From: Mobula hypostoma
Lineage: Eukaryota
Assembly (NCBI RefSeq): GCF_963921235.1
Contig: NC_086097.1
Coordinates: 64,978,001-65,042,000 of the forward strand
Length of the DNA: 64,000 bases
Reading direction: 5' to 3'
Both the position numbers and the translations under genes were made by a program. Positions within the stretch are counted from its first letter, which is position 1, and each line of letters opens with the position of its first letter. Shown here piece by piece: positions 51,269 to 64,000 of this stretch. The notes below the pieces were generated by a model, which saw nothing but the letters and a program-made list of their open reading frames with translations, was not told the origin of the DNA and did no database searches.

Positions 51269-53194
51269 CAAAAAGTGACCATCTATTTTATTTATGCCTC
51301 CATAAGATTAACCCTTGGCCTGCTTCACTCCAGGGGGGAAAAGTTCCAATCTATCCGGCCTCTCCTTATAACTCAAAACCCTTAATCCCAGTAACATTCT
51401 TGTGAATCTTCTCTGCACCTTGTTCAGCTTTTAATGACATTCAGGTATGCTTGATTTTTTTTTGCCTTCTTCAGAGTATTGTGAGCATCATTTTTTATTC
51501 TGAATAAATGTATAGTTGACAAAAGAGCGGAAGCAGCCCCAAAAAAGAGAACCAACAGAAGTTAAGGGCTTTACTCACAGAGCAGATGCAGGGGCTGAAG
51601 ACAGAGTCCACTGTGAGCTGCAAAACCTCAGGGTCTCTAGACTAAACATTACTCCCGTGGACATCTCACAGCACTGTAGCACAAGACTGAAATCTCAGCA
51701 CACTTTATCAGCTTAATACCGTGGGATCACCAGAAACATCAGAAGGTACATGCTTGGCCTCATGAACTTAAATCTGGGAGCTCCCTGCAAGATACCACTA
51801 ATATTGAGGCTCATATAACGATGAGTGCAGCTCAAACAATGGAACTAATACTGAAGATGGAGACGGCAGAGAGCGGGAAGAGGCATCACCTGATAAAGAA
51901 GCCTTGCATAAAAGCAAGGGAGAACTGCATGATGTAGGACATTACAATGCATGGCGGTGAGAGCATTCATCTCCACCTTTCAATGACCAGCTCTATAACT
52001 ATTCTTCCATTTATTTACTTATTTACTTACTGCCCAGCTCTATGCACTCAATTGCAAAGTGAACTGAAGCCTCTCAGTGGTAATCAACTTTGCTGCTCCC
52101 TTCAGCCTGCCCTTCATTTCACTTTGTGGACATACTATGTTGACACCAGAAATGTGGTGACATTTGCAGGCTGCGCAGCACAATCCTAGCTGATTTGCTT
52201 GGATGCAAAACAGTACATCTCACCGTACGCTTTGCTGTACCTGTGACAAGTAACCCTGATCTTTACTGTCAAGCTAACTGTTGCAGAATTGACATTCTGA
52301 CAATGAATAGTAGCTTTCTTTAACACACCAACAGTGCAAAAATTAAATAAGTTACAAACATAATAGTAAATAAAACCTGTTACTGCAATAATTAGTGATA
52401 AAAAGTCTTGAGCAATATTTGATACTAGACTATAAGAACATACTTTAGAGGGAGCAAATCAAAGAAAGAAAAAAATGCCTAGTGAATCTGAAAGGCTTAG
52501 CATGGGGTTTTCCAAGCTCAAGGCCTAAGCTGTTGAAGCTACTTCCATCAGTGGTAGAGCAATGAAAATCAAAGTGGCACATGCAGCCAGAGAAAGTTAG
52601 AGATCTTGCTGGATTGAAAGTGAAGGCACTGACAGAGGAACTCAGGAAAAAAAGAAGTGATCTCAGGGCAGAGCGCCATTTTAGGCCAGAGACCTCCCTA
52701 AATGAGCAACGGGTGAAAGGGACACGGCAAGTTAGAGCACACCCAAAAGTTGGGCACACTGAGAATTTCTTCAATCTACAATTTCTGGTCCCTGGGAGCC
52801 TTACTGATGTGGTGGAAGGATGATGTTGAAAATTCCATCAATAGACGCATTTATATGTTTTCAGTTTTCAGACAGAATGCAGACTTGAGCCTAGAATTTT
52901 CAATGGCAGCCACTAAGCTTGTAATTAAGCGTGACAGGATATGAATATGGCCGGGTCCAACTGCAATATTTCCTCAAAATCGAGTCATAGATTCACACAT
53001 TTGACATATAGGCCTTTTAGCCCAAATCATGCATGTCAAACAAGATGTCTATCCATGCTAGTCCTGTTTGCCTGAGTTAGGACCATATCCTTCTGAACCA
53101 TTTTATCCATGCACCTGGTTAAATGCTTGCTAAGCAATGTAATTGTACCCATTTCTACAATTTCCTGTTTCTCTCTCCCCACTCCATCTCTCAA

Positions 53195-53725
53195 CTTCAA
53201 GTTCAAGTTTAATTGTCACTCGACCATACGCATGAATACAGTCAAACAGAACAGTGTTCCTCCGGGGCCAAGGTGAAAAGCACAGTAACAACAGTCACAG
53301 GCAGCATGCAATATATACAGCACATATAATTACAATAGCAGAAAAACATAGTCACAAAAGATAATATAGCCCAAATCCCTGAGTGTCATGGCCTGTAGCT
53401 TGATGGTGCACGCAATGTTGTCCTGGATCCAAGTTTCTGCAAGAATGAGATTGCAGCAGACTTCATCACATGCTAGGGCAGCTGCAGATGAACGCAATCC
53501 AGCTTGTCTTTCACCAAATGAACACTGGGGGCAGCAGCAGTGGGAGGCTCCAGTACCTGCCCCCAGCCCGGCACAGAATCCAGCAGAGCTTTTGCTCTTT
53601 CCTACAATACCTCCGGCATCTCCTTCCCCAGGTGACTGCAATGGGCGACCTCATGGGGGCCTGGCTCACACAACCAAATCTATGCAGTTCCCACACCAGC
53701 AGTCTCGCCAGTGAACTGGACTTGC
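53195..53725 (-). mobile_element. non-autonomous retroelement with (cttgaa)n tail
   Basis: minus tail gacaattaaacttgaacttgaa; architecture like 8825-9450. Confidence 0.5.
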
Positions 53726-54059
53726 AGTATTCTACATTACCAATGTCCAACAGGATCTTGCATTCTCATTTCCTCTCCACCCAAGTCACTCTCTGTGACT
53801 CTCAAGACATTCAAGAAATATCTGGAAAAACACCATATTGTGTCCTGTTTATCATATGATCTTCAGATTCAATGGGAATCCGAACGTCATACGATCAACA
53901 GTGAGCCAATAGCTGATTGGGTGCAGTGAAACTTGAGGACCTCATGCCCACTGATCCCTCCTGGCTAATGAAGTGTTGTATGTCCAGCGAATCTACTCTG
54001 TTGACGGCCCAGGACACTGCCAGAGCTCATTTCAGAAAGTGATTTGAAAGATATAATAG

Positions 54060-55235
54060 TGTTACTGTGACTATGCCAAGTTCTGCCTTGCAAAGTATTC
54101 AATTAGTGTTATATCTTTTCTGCCTCCTTGCTTTAACACCTGATGAACTCTACCCTTATTTTCCCCATTTGATCTTGTTGTTTGCACATTGAAGACATTT
54201 TGATTCCCGCATTCTTCTCTTCTTCCTTTGTATTACTCTACATCTTTTTTTACATTTGGCCCAGTAATACTTGAGCAGTGAAACAGACATCTGCCAAAAT
54301 CTTTTCCTGCATCTTATTGTCTCTCTCTTTCGGCACAGGCCTTCATTTTGCATGTCCTACCTTTGCCCTTGGATGGAATAGGCCAAAACTATGCTTGACT
54401 CATCTCCTCTTTAGATGCCATCCTTAAGTGAATTGTAGTTTTGCCTACAAATTTTAAAATGCATGATCTCTTTTCTAAATTGGAACATTACCAATTAATT
54501 ATTTTACCCTCTTTTCTCATTATCTTTTTCAGTGGTTAACATAAACCTCCGGATGCAACAATCACTGTTCGATCAATATTTCCCCCACTGACATGCTTTT
54601 CTTGACCCTCCTTGCTCCACAGACCCTGATCCACTAATGCCCCTTACCTCACAGGCTGGTAATTTAACAATACAGAAAAATTATCTGAATGGATCAAAAA
54701 TTCTTCCACCTCCTTACTCATTACATTTCCCTTATTGAACATGGCTGAAACTCATCTTTATCACTTCTCTATGGATTTTGCTCCTCTGCAAATCTGCATC
54801 AATGAATAGCCTCCAAAACACACAAAAATGAAATGCCCCCCCCCCGCCATTTCTTAACTCTTATTTTGTAGGTTTTCTGTGCCTTGTGGCATATCGAGCT
54901 GTAATCTTGGCATTTCTTTAGGATTTTTGTCTGTGTTATGAGGCCGAGCTGCTAGCTTGATGCTCAACCCACACGGATGGAAAGCATACAAGGAGTCAGC
55001 TGGAAACCGGGAACTCTCACCTCAAAGTCTGGTGCACCACTGGCCAGCTGCTTTGTAGGTTGGTGCTCACAATAATTAGGACAGTCACGCCTTCCTTTCC
55101 TTCATTCTCTTTCTTTGTTGAATACTGTATCTTGAAATACTCAGCACCTAGTTCTGCAGTTTTGAGCTCAGTTTCTGTTAATACCACAGGGCCATAATCC
55201 CTTGTGTTTATTTGTGCCAACAGCTTGCCAAATTA
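54060..55235 (-). mobile_element. old CR1 endonuclease-region remnants with a nested tRNA-SINE
   Basis: MAQINTRDYGPVVLTETEL and other APE-like remnants. Confidence 0.5.
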
Positions 55236-55264
55236 TTTTATCCTGCTTTAAGCATTTTCTTATG

Positions 55265-57360
55265 AAGTGATGGCCTTCCTAGTGACAATGGCAAGTGTTT
55301 CTGGGAATAATGCGGAAGGTGCAGGATCAGTTTGTTCCAAAGAGGAAGAAAGATCCTAAGGGGAGTAAGGGGAGGCCGTGGCTGACAAGGGAAGTAATGG
55401 ACAGTATAAAAATAAAAGAGAAGAAGTATAACATAGCAAAGACGAGTGGGAAGCTGGAGGATTGGGAAACTTTTAAAGAGCAACAGAAAGTAATCAAAAA
55501 GGCAATACGTGGAGAAAAAACTAGGTACAAAGGTAAACTAGCCAAGAATATAAAGGAGGATAGTAAAAGCTTCTTTAGGTATGTGAAAAGGAAAATAAAA
55601 TAGTTAAGACCAAAACTGGGCCCTTGAAGACAGAAACGGGTGAATTTATTATGGGGAACAAGGAAATGGCAGACGAGTTGAACAGGTACTTTGGATCTGT
55701 CTTCACTAGAGAAGACACAAACAATCTCCCAGATATAATAGAGGCCAAAGGACCTAGGGTAATGGATGAACTGAGGGAAATTTATATTAGGCAGGAAATG
55801 GTGTTGGATAGACTGTTGGGTCTGAAGGCTGATAAGTCCCCGGGACCTGATGGTCTGCATCCCAGGGTACTTAAGGAGGTGGCGTTAGATTCAGGATCAG
55901 TTCCTGTGGATTGGAGGGAGGCTAATGTTGTCCCTCTCTTCAAGAAGGGAGGAAGAGAGAAAACAGGGAATTATAGACCGGTTAGCCTGACATTGGTGGT
56001 GGGAAAGATGCTGGAGTCAATTATAAAAGATGAAATTACGACACATCTGGATAGCAGTAACAGGATCGGTCCGAGTTAGCATGGATTTACGAAAGAGAAA
56101 TTGTGCTTCACTAATCTTCTGGAATTTTTTGAGGATGTAACTATGAAAATGGACAAGGGAGAGCCAGTGGATGTAGTGTACCTGGACTTTCAGAAAGCCA
56201 TTGAAAAAGTCCCACATAGGAGATTAGTGGGCAAAATTAGGGCACATGGTATTGGATGCAGAGTACTGACATGGATTGAAAATTGGCTGGCTGACAGAAA
56301 ACAAAGAGTAGCGATTAACGGGCCCCTTTCGGAATGGCAGGTGGTGACCAGTGGGGTACCGCAGGGTTCAGTGCTGGGACCGCAGCTGTTTACAATATAT
56401 ATTAATGATTTAGATGAGGGAATTAAAAGTAACATTAGCAAATTTGCCAATGACACAAAGCTGGGTGGCAGTGTGAAATGGGGGGAGGATGTTATGAGAA
56501 TGCAGGGTGACTTGGACAGGTTGGGTGAGTGGGCAGATGCATGGCAGATGCAGTTTAATGTGGATAAATGTGAGGTTATCCACTTTGGTGGTAAGAACAG
56601 CAAGGCAGACTATTATCTAAATGGAGTCAAGTTAGGAAAAAGGGAAGTACAACAAAATCTAGGTGTTCTTGTACATCAGTCACTGAAAGCAAGCATGCAA
56701 GTACAGCAAGCAGTGAAGAAAGCTAATGGCATGCTGGCCTTCATAACAAGGGGAATTGAGTATAAGAGCAAAGAGGTTCTTCTGAAGCTGTACAGTGCCC
56801 TGATGGGACCACACCTGCAGTACTGTGTGCAGTTTTGGTCTCCAAATTTGAGGAAGGACATTCTTGCTATTGAGGGAGTGCAGCGTAGGTTCACAAGGTT
56901 AATTCCCGGGTTGGCGGGACTGTCATATGTCGAAAGATTGGAGCAACTGGGCTTGTATACTCTGGAATTTAGAAGGCTGAGAGGGGATCTTATTGAAACA
57001 TATAAGATTATTAAGGAATTGGACACGCTGCAGGCAGGAAACATGTTCCTGCTGATGGGTGAGTCCAGAACCAGAGGCCACAGTTTAAGAATAAGGGGTA
57101 GGCCATTTAGAACAGAGTTGAGGAAAAACTTTTTCACCCAGAGAGTGGTGGATATATGGAATTCTCTGCCCCAGAAGGCTGTGGAGGCCAAGTCTCTGGA
57201 TGTTTTCAAGAAAGAGATGGATAGAGCTCTTAAAGATAGCGGAATCAAAGGTTATGGGGATAAGGCTGGAACTAGATACTGATTGTAGATGATCAGCCAT
57301 GATCACAGTGAATGGCGGTGCTGGCTCAAAGGGCCGAATGGCCTACTCCTGCACCTATTG
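55265..57360 (+). mobile_element. relatively young 5'-truncated CR1 LINE
   Basis: RPWLTREV, KSPGPDGLHPRVLKE, NYRPVSLT; 3' UTR ggccgaatggcctactcctgcacctattg. Confidence 0.95.
56101..57282 (+). pseudogene. CR1 ORF2 reverse transcriptase region (393-aa open stretch, catalytic FADD changed to FAND)
   Basis: VYLDFQKA, SGVPQGSVLGP, FANDTKL, TRGHSLRI. Confidence 0.9.
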
Positions 57361-58105
57361 ACACCCACAGCTCAAAATGTGCCTAAACTACGAAGCTGCA
57401 TTTGTCTGTACCATGTTCAGCAGTGAATTCCACTGGCAGTAAATCAGAGATAACAATCTTTTAATTCCTATTCTTTCAGCTTTTTCTTCAACTTCTACTT
57501 CTTACTGAGACATTATTCTGCCAGTGTCTATCATTGGTGCCATATCGAGCAGAATGACCGCTGTTGCTCCTCACTTCCCTCAGAAACTTCTGAAGCCATC
57601 TGGAAATATCCTTGTGTGGCACCGCTGAAGTAACATATGAGTCTTCAATCAAATTTGCAGCCATAGAAATTATCAATCTGACTCTCAGACCACTGAATTC
57701 ATTAACATAATAACTTCCCAGAGTATTCCTCCCACACCCCACCCCCTCCATTACAGTTCAGTCAACCATGGTGCCACAGCCTCAGCTCCGGCTTTACTTC
57801 CCAGCAGAATGAAGTCCTTTATAAGTGTTCTGAACTGAATATTGTCTTGAGATTGAGATACACCTTCTGGACCCAAGCACTTTCTACTTGATCTGCTTTG
57901 ACTGCCCAGAACGCGTCCATTGGCTTTTCTACCTGTAGACTGAGCTCTTCCTGGACTGCGTTGTCCATGTCATTCTGAGTGTGGGCAATGCACCCTAGCC
58001 ACCCTGGCACCGATTCAAGATCCAAAGCATGATTTTTTTTCAACAGCGGGCATTTCCTCTTTGTGGTTGTCCAAGATACAATTACTTACTTACACTTAGC
58101 AGTTC

Positions 58106-58294
58106 GGCATCATAGTATTGCAAAAATGTTGGACCAGAGGGTTGGTTGATTTTTTAGTTGGCTATCTGGTCCTGGGTAGTGCTCAAGGTATTACCTGGGC
58201 ATTCAAGTTTTATCATGAGCATTCCCCAGGACCAGATTGCTAACTAAAAATCCAACAGCCCTCTGGTTCAACAGTTTTGTAATACGAAGATGCT
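58106..58294 (+). other. imperfect hairpin, ~80-bp stem, G-U biased
   Basis: ggcatc..gtattgcaaaaatgttggaccagaggg..agttggctatctggtcctggg pairs with cccaggaccagattgctaact..ccctctggttcaacagttttgtaatac..gatgct. Confidence 0.8.
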
Positions 58295-58659
58295 AAGCCA
58301 TTGTGCATCAGTTGTCAAGTTCTCATTAAATTAATCCTATTTATTTATACTGAATGTCTCAGTACAATTCCTTTGTATCTGTCTGAAGTTCATGCTAAGC
58401 AATATAGAGTGACTCGTTGAAGATCACAAAATAAATGTTAAACCATTTTTATGAGTTTGTTGAGGATATCTGCATCATGATACAAAGTGAAAATTTGAAT
58501 ACTGGCATTGGACTTTTCATATCTGGTCTGAAGGAAGATGTCTTACAATGCAGTAGTCATGCCAGACCACACCTTAGGGTAATCTTCTTCCAGCTAATGA
58601 GCATGGCGTGACCAAGCTCCCAACACCACAGCTCAAAAATTTCAGCTGCAGTGTTACAT

Positions 58660-60600
58660 TCAAAGGACAGAATCAAAATCAGGTTTATTGTCACTGATGT
58701 ATGTCATGAAATTTGTTGTTTTGCAACAGTAGTACAGTGCAACACATTTAAAAATTGTGTAAGTTACAATAAGAAATATAAAAATAAGTAGTCTATAAAA
58801 AGCACAAAATAGTGAGATAGTGTTCAGGGGTAAATGGACCACTCGGAAGTCTGCTGGTGAAGGAACAAAACTGCTCCTAAAATGTTGAGTGCAGGTCTTC
58901 AGGCTCTTGTACCTCCTCCCTGATGGTAGTAATGAGATGAGGGCATGTCCTGAGTGATGAGGGTCCTTAATGATGAGTGCTGCCTTCTTAAGGCGTTGCC
59001 TTTTGAAGATGTCCTGGTTGATGGGGGATCTAGCGCCCATGATGAAGCTGACCGAGTTTGCAACTCTCTACAGCTTTTTCCGACCGTGTTTATTGGTGCC
59101 TTCATACCATACGGTAATGCAACAAGTCACAAAATTTTCATGGGGGCATCTGTAGAAATTTGCAAGAGTCTTCGGTGACATATGAAATCCTCTCAAACTC
59201 TTATTAAAATATAGTCGCCGATGAGGCTTCTTCATAATCGCATAAACATGTTGGGCTCCGGGTAGATTTTCAGAGATGCTGATACTCAGGAACTTGTAGC
59301 TGCTCACTCTTTCCCCTGCTGTCCTCGCAATGAGGACTGGTGTGTGTCTTCTCGACTTCTCCTTCCTGAAGTTCAAAATTAATTCCTTGGTCTCGACGTT
59401 GAGTGTAAGGTTTTTTTTAACACTACTCAACCAGCCGATTTATCTCACCCCTGCAGGCCTCCTCATCACGATCTGATATTCTACCCACAGCAGGAGTGTC
59501 ATCGGCGAATTTGCAGATGGCGTTTGAGCTGCGCCTAGCCATGGGCGTAGAGAGAGCAGAGCAGTGGGCTAAGTAAACGTCCTTGAGATCTGCCGGTACT
59601 GATTGTCAGCGAGGTGGGGGTATTATTTCCGATCCGTGCTGACTGTGGTCTCCCGATGAGGAAGTCAAGGATCCAGTTGCAGAGAGAGATACCGAGGCAC
59701 AGGTTTTGAAGCTTGTTGATTAGAACTGAGGTGATGACGTTGTTGAACGCTGAATTGTAATTCTTTATTAATTACAACCTGCCGTTGTAACCAGTGAGAT
59801 TGCTTCCACTGTAGACCGGTTGTGGCGGGAAGCAAATTGCAGCGGGTCCAGGTCCTTGCTCAGGCTGGAGTTAATTCTAGCCATGAGCAACCTCTCAGAG
59901 CACTTCATCCCGGTAGATGTGAGCGTTACTGCGCGGTAGAAGCTGGAGCAGCTCATTCTGCTCTTCTTGGGCACCGGTATGATCGATACCCTTTTGAAGC
60001 AGCTGGGAAGCTCGGATTGATGCAGTCAGTGAGAGACCGAAGATGTCCTTGAACCCTCCCGCCAGTTGGCTGGCACAGGTTTTCAGTGCCCAGCCGGGTA
60101 CACCATCAAGGCCTGGCGCCTTGCGAGGCTTCAGCCTCTTGAAAGATGTTCTGACGTCGTCCCCTGAGACAAAGGTCACAGGGTCACCAGATGCTGCCGG
60201 GATTCGCACAGGTATAGTTTTATACTCCCTTTCAGAGCTTGCATTAGAGGCGTTCAGCTTATCGGGGGGCGAACCATCACAGCCATTTCCTAGGTTTCGC
60301 CTTACAGGAAGTAAAGGCTTACAAGCATAGCTGACATGCATCGATTCTGTCTCCAACTTCACTCGGAATTGATTTTTTCGCTGTTAAGATAGCCTTCCAG
60401 AAATCGGCCCTGGAGCCCTGGATCGCCCGCGCCTTTGCCGCTTCGGCGGCCGCTGATTTGAATCAGATTATCGGAATGTCGCGAGTTTTGCTTGTGCCGC
60501 TCCCCAAACACAGCGGCAAACGCATCGGGCGACATGAACGGCTGAGATGCTCGGGCTTCAGCGCATCCCCGCTCGGTACCACCACAGACAACCCAACATC
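58660..60600 (-). mobile_element. Rex1/Babar LINE, 5'-truncated
   Basis: PRKAPGLDGVPGWALK, LDPLQFASRHNRST, FADDT, YKFLSISISENL, tail aataaacctgattttgattctg. Confidence 0.9.
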
Positions 60601-60649
60601 TCCTTTCCCCACTCCTCTTCTGATCTCTTTGCTTCTTCAATTAAAATCG

Positions 60650-63600
60650 TGACATCTGAAGTTTGAAATTTCAGACGGAATGCTTCTCATCCATAAGTAC
60701 TTGACAAATTACAAATCTATCAAAAGAATAGCAGTTATACGTAATTAATGTGCCCGTTGCATTGCGACGACTCTCCGTAACGGGGCCTTAAGTGCATTGC
60801 CATTAGCTTTCAAGAAAAATCGTACAAATCATCGTTTTGTTTAACTGCGGTATAAAGAGAAAAATAATGACGAATTAATTGGCGACCGAGGTGCGGACAG
60901 ATGCGCGTACACCTTCAGTTAAATAGGGGTAAACCTCGTGGGGATAGAAATGGTTAGCATACTGTTTCCTGATGCAGGGAATCGCTACTTCAAAACCTGA
61001 ATGTTTGCAGAGGAAGGATAAACAACTTGAGCGGCATTTACGATTTGTAGTGTTTAATGATTCTCATCACTTGCTTTGTGTAAAATGCATCAGTGCCATC
61101 ACAAGGCATCAAAAATAATCACGCTAACAGTCAGATTAATTTGGTATTCTTTGTCCTTAAATGTCCTACAGTTTAGCAAATAGTCCTAATGGATACGTTT
61201 AATTCCGCACAAATGTCCCATTAGGAACGCGGATTTCCAAAATAGTTGTTGTCATCGCATCAGAACCGTGTCTTTTGTCTTCATGAAGGTTACAATCTTT
61301 TAAAAGATACCATTGTGCCTTCCGTAAACCATAAAATTGTCACTGGGGACTGATTAAAAAGTTCTGAATTGAAACACTACGGAATTTGTCTGCATCCTAT
61401 TCAGAGTTGACAATGCTTCATTCAACCGAGTACACAAAAAGAGTTTAATGGGGATTCTGTTGGACCTTCTCCAAGCCTAGCTGCATCCATATGGAATACT
61501 CGTAGGACATCAGTATCGACAAAGAGCCCAGGTGACAGCGCCAGCCCCATCCTCTGCCCAACAGGCAGAGCAGACAACACAGGGTCGAGATATTGAATAA
61601 CTTTCATCAAAATGCACGCCTCTTACATTTTACTTTCTCTTGCCAACAACTTTCCCTTTTAGCGCTCGTTAATGGTTATTATGCCGATATAAACTGTTTA
61701 ATTTCCTCATACATCCCCACTGAAATCCACTATTCCTGATAGAGCACAATAGATTACTTTACCATATATATCACGATTGTCGCAATAGCATTAACACCGT
61801 CTATTATAACAGACGCTTCTTAAAACCGTGAACTGAAATGCTTACATTTATTTCACCTACAACGATTTAACGCGATCTGGCAGACAGTTTATATCAACAC
61901 AGTTCTTCACCACGGTTAATATAGATTTTATTACTATAATATTTTCTCGTGTGTGAAAACCGGCATTTTATGGTCGGGACAAAATTTACACCCCCTCGTG
62001 TATGAACTTTGGATAGGTAAAATCTGTGTGAAGTGACGCATCCTTGAAAGAAATTTTAACATTCAGTTGGCTAAAAGTTGGGGGGGCGGGGGAGAAAATA
62101 TCAAACACAAAGGACTACTGGAAAGAACATAAGAGTTTCACCCCCAGAATTCATATAGACACAAGCACACGCTGATCCTAAGATATTTCAGAGTCAATCT
62201 TTATCTCCATCTTGAATATGCAAAATCGTTTGAAACTTCAAATGGGACATTTTTGTCCCAAGTTTCCACCCCATATCCATCCCGCCATACCTTCAAAACT
62301 GGAAACTTTGTGGGGCTTTCCGCTAAATTCTGAACGATGTTTGGTAAACGGCCTTGAACGTACTTCACAGTTCCTTATTTGATAGAAACATCTCGCGAAA
62401 CTTCTGCAGCTTGGCAGAAGCACGACTTGTAATTATTTGTGATATCCTCATTTACTAATGAATAACTATTTTGGGCATGGCTGTCTTTATAATGCAGCGA
62501 AAGTAGAAAATATAAAAATTGTCCCGAAGTTGCGTTCCATTTTTCTACTCGGCAAGCTTTGGGAATCTTTACTTGATGTTACAGCGTTAAAAAAAAAACA
62601 AATTCCCCAAAATAAATTTCGTGTTTAGCGCTTCCACTGCTGGTCTTCTCGCGAAAAGAACAGCAAATGGGGATCTTTATCTGTGGCTGCTACTCTTGCA
62701 TTTTAATTTTTTTTGCAGAGTCCTTTAATAATTATATTTAATCCGTGCGCTGGCAGTCTGTTATCCTTATTATGGCCTGCGGCTAAATATACGAGTTGCG
62801 TTGGTTAGCTTTGTGCCAATGTTTATAAATTTCCATTCCAAATGACTTTGTGTTGAAATGCATGTAACACCTTGGCGGAAAAAATAAAATCCAAAAGAAA
62901 ATCCTCTACTCGCCGCCATGTCGTAGAATGCTGTAACTGGGATCAGATTACCTCTGTGTGTTGTGTAACTTAATCCGAATCCGTTCATAAAAAATGGTTT
63001 ACGATTGTTACACCAAATATCCAACTCTCAGATTGAAAATGAATGGTGTTCAAATAATCACAAACTCAGAAGTTAAGCACTTTGATTTTATTTTTACACT
63101 GATATCAAATATTTTGTTGCTAGTCTTCGAGAATTATGTAGGTAGAATTTTAGTTTCGCGTGACGACGAAGTTTTTCATTGCCATGTGCTGGACTTACCA
63201 GATAGAACATACTCAACGATAACTAGACACAAGTACTTCACAGCGTCCAAAATCCAGAAAAAGAATTAAGTGGCTATTGTACGATATTAATGGCCTTTCG
63301 CTATGAAAAGATACCACCGACATGTTCATAATAGAGATAATGCTTTTGGTTTATAGTGCCATCGTTTTGCTGAATTCCTGCATTATAAACAAACCTGTTT
63401 AATGTCAGAAACAGAATTGCTGTTTTAACGTTAAATGTTAACTTTTGTACAGTCGAAATAGTTTGACCTGTAGAAGGATTAAGAGATTCAAGGTGTCCAA
63501 ATGTATAATGTTGGCATTTAAATTTCAAATTCAAATTCATTAGAAAAAAGTCTCATTTCCAGGCTGAACATTAAAGTAACAACTATTTCATAATTATTTT

Positions 63601-64000
63601 CTATCCACAAAAGAGACACTCGTTCTAACAGCTAGAACGCCAAGTTTCTCAGTGAAAATGCCGAAAACAGCAAACAATAAAATTCTGTTCCATCTGAGGT
63701 AAATTGAAAGGGTTTGTAAAATTTTACACTCGCTTTAGATTATTGCGTTGGAGCTGGTTTAACTAATCTATTGATACATTTTATCAAAATGAATGGGTTA
63801 AATGTTTCGCGCATCAATGAGCTATTTTACACTCCGCTTTGAGAAAACATTTTAAATGACCAATAACGCATTGGCTCGTTGGCCATTAAATCTAATATTA
63901 GATACAAAATACATTGGAATATCTAAGTTGACACATTTTCAAACTAAGATTAAAACAATGTAAATTGTAACTATATCTTACTCCTTAAGACATAAAACTA
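60650..64000. promoter_or_regulatory. TE-free, CpG-retaining non-coding region (putative regulatory domain)
   Basis: more than 3 kb without recognisable repeats; frequent CpG; TAAT/TTTATGG/CCAAT motifs. Confidence 0.45.

Noticed and set aside
56190..57248. Long antisense ORFs (also 156-641, 29312-29731, 31973-32392, 36210-36692)
   Set aside because: Shadow frames on the opposite strand of TE coding sequence
56101..57282. Functional or domesticated RT gene
   Set aside because: Part of a 5'-truncated CR1 with upstream stops and FAND instead of FADD
57488..58043. Two short minus-strand ORFs as host exons
   Set aside because: No convincing splice acceptors or recognisable homology
61422..61610. 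Short ORF in the CpG-retaining region
   Set aside because: No recognisable domain or splice support on either strand

Overview
Eukaryotic, repeat-dense vertebrate DNA, most likely a cartilaginous fish (shark or ray). That is inferred from the repeat mix: CR1/HER1-like LINEs, V-domain and Deu-domain SINEs, Rex1/Babar LINEs and Penelope-derived repeats. Most of the window is decayed transposable elements. These include many CR1 copies (one near full length with an SGNH-esterase ORF1), three large Rex1/Babar copies, a full-length DD34E Tc1 with ~210-bp TIRs and two Tc1 MITE-like derivatives. There is also a chromodomain-bearing Sushi/Tf1-type Gypsy provirus and a Gmr1-type Gypsy provirus (gag-PR-IN-RT order) nested in a Rex LINE that is itself nested in a CR1. 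The most unusual structure is that Gmr1 element: its 5' LTR is replaced by a 549-bp fold-back palindrome of the LTR 3' end. Other notable items are degenerate hammerhead motifs in Penelope-derived repeats, an HDV-like fold at the 5' end of an RTE-derived element, a G-U-biased ~190-nt hairpin, a few exon-like segments on the minus strand, and two TE-poor CpG-retaining regions (~49-51 kb and ~60.4-64 kb). No host gene could be named. TE boundaries are by eye and approximate unless termini are quoted.
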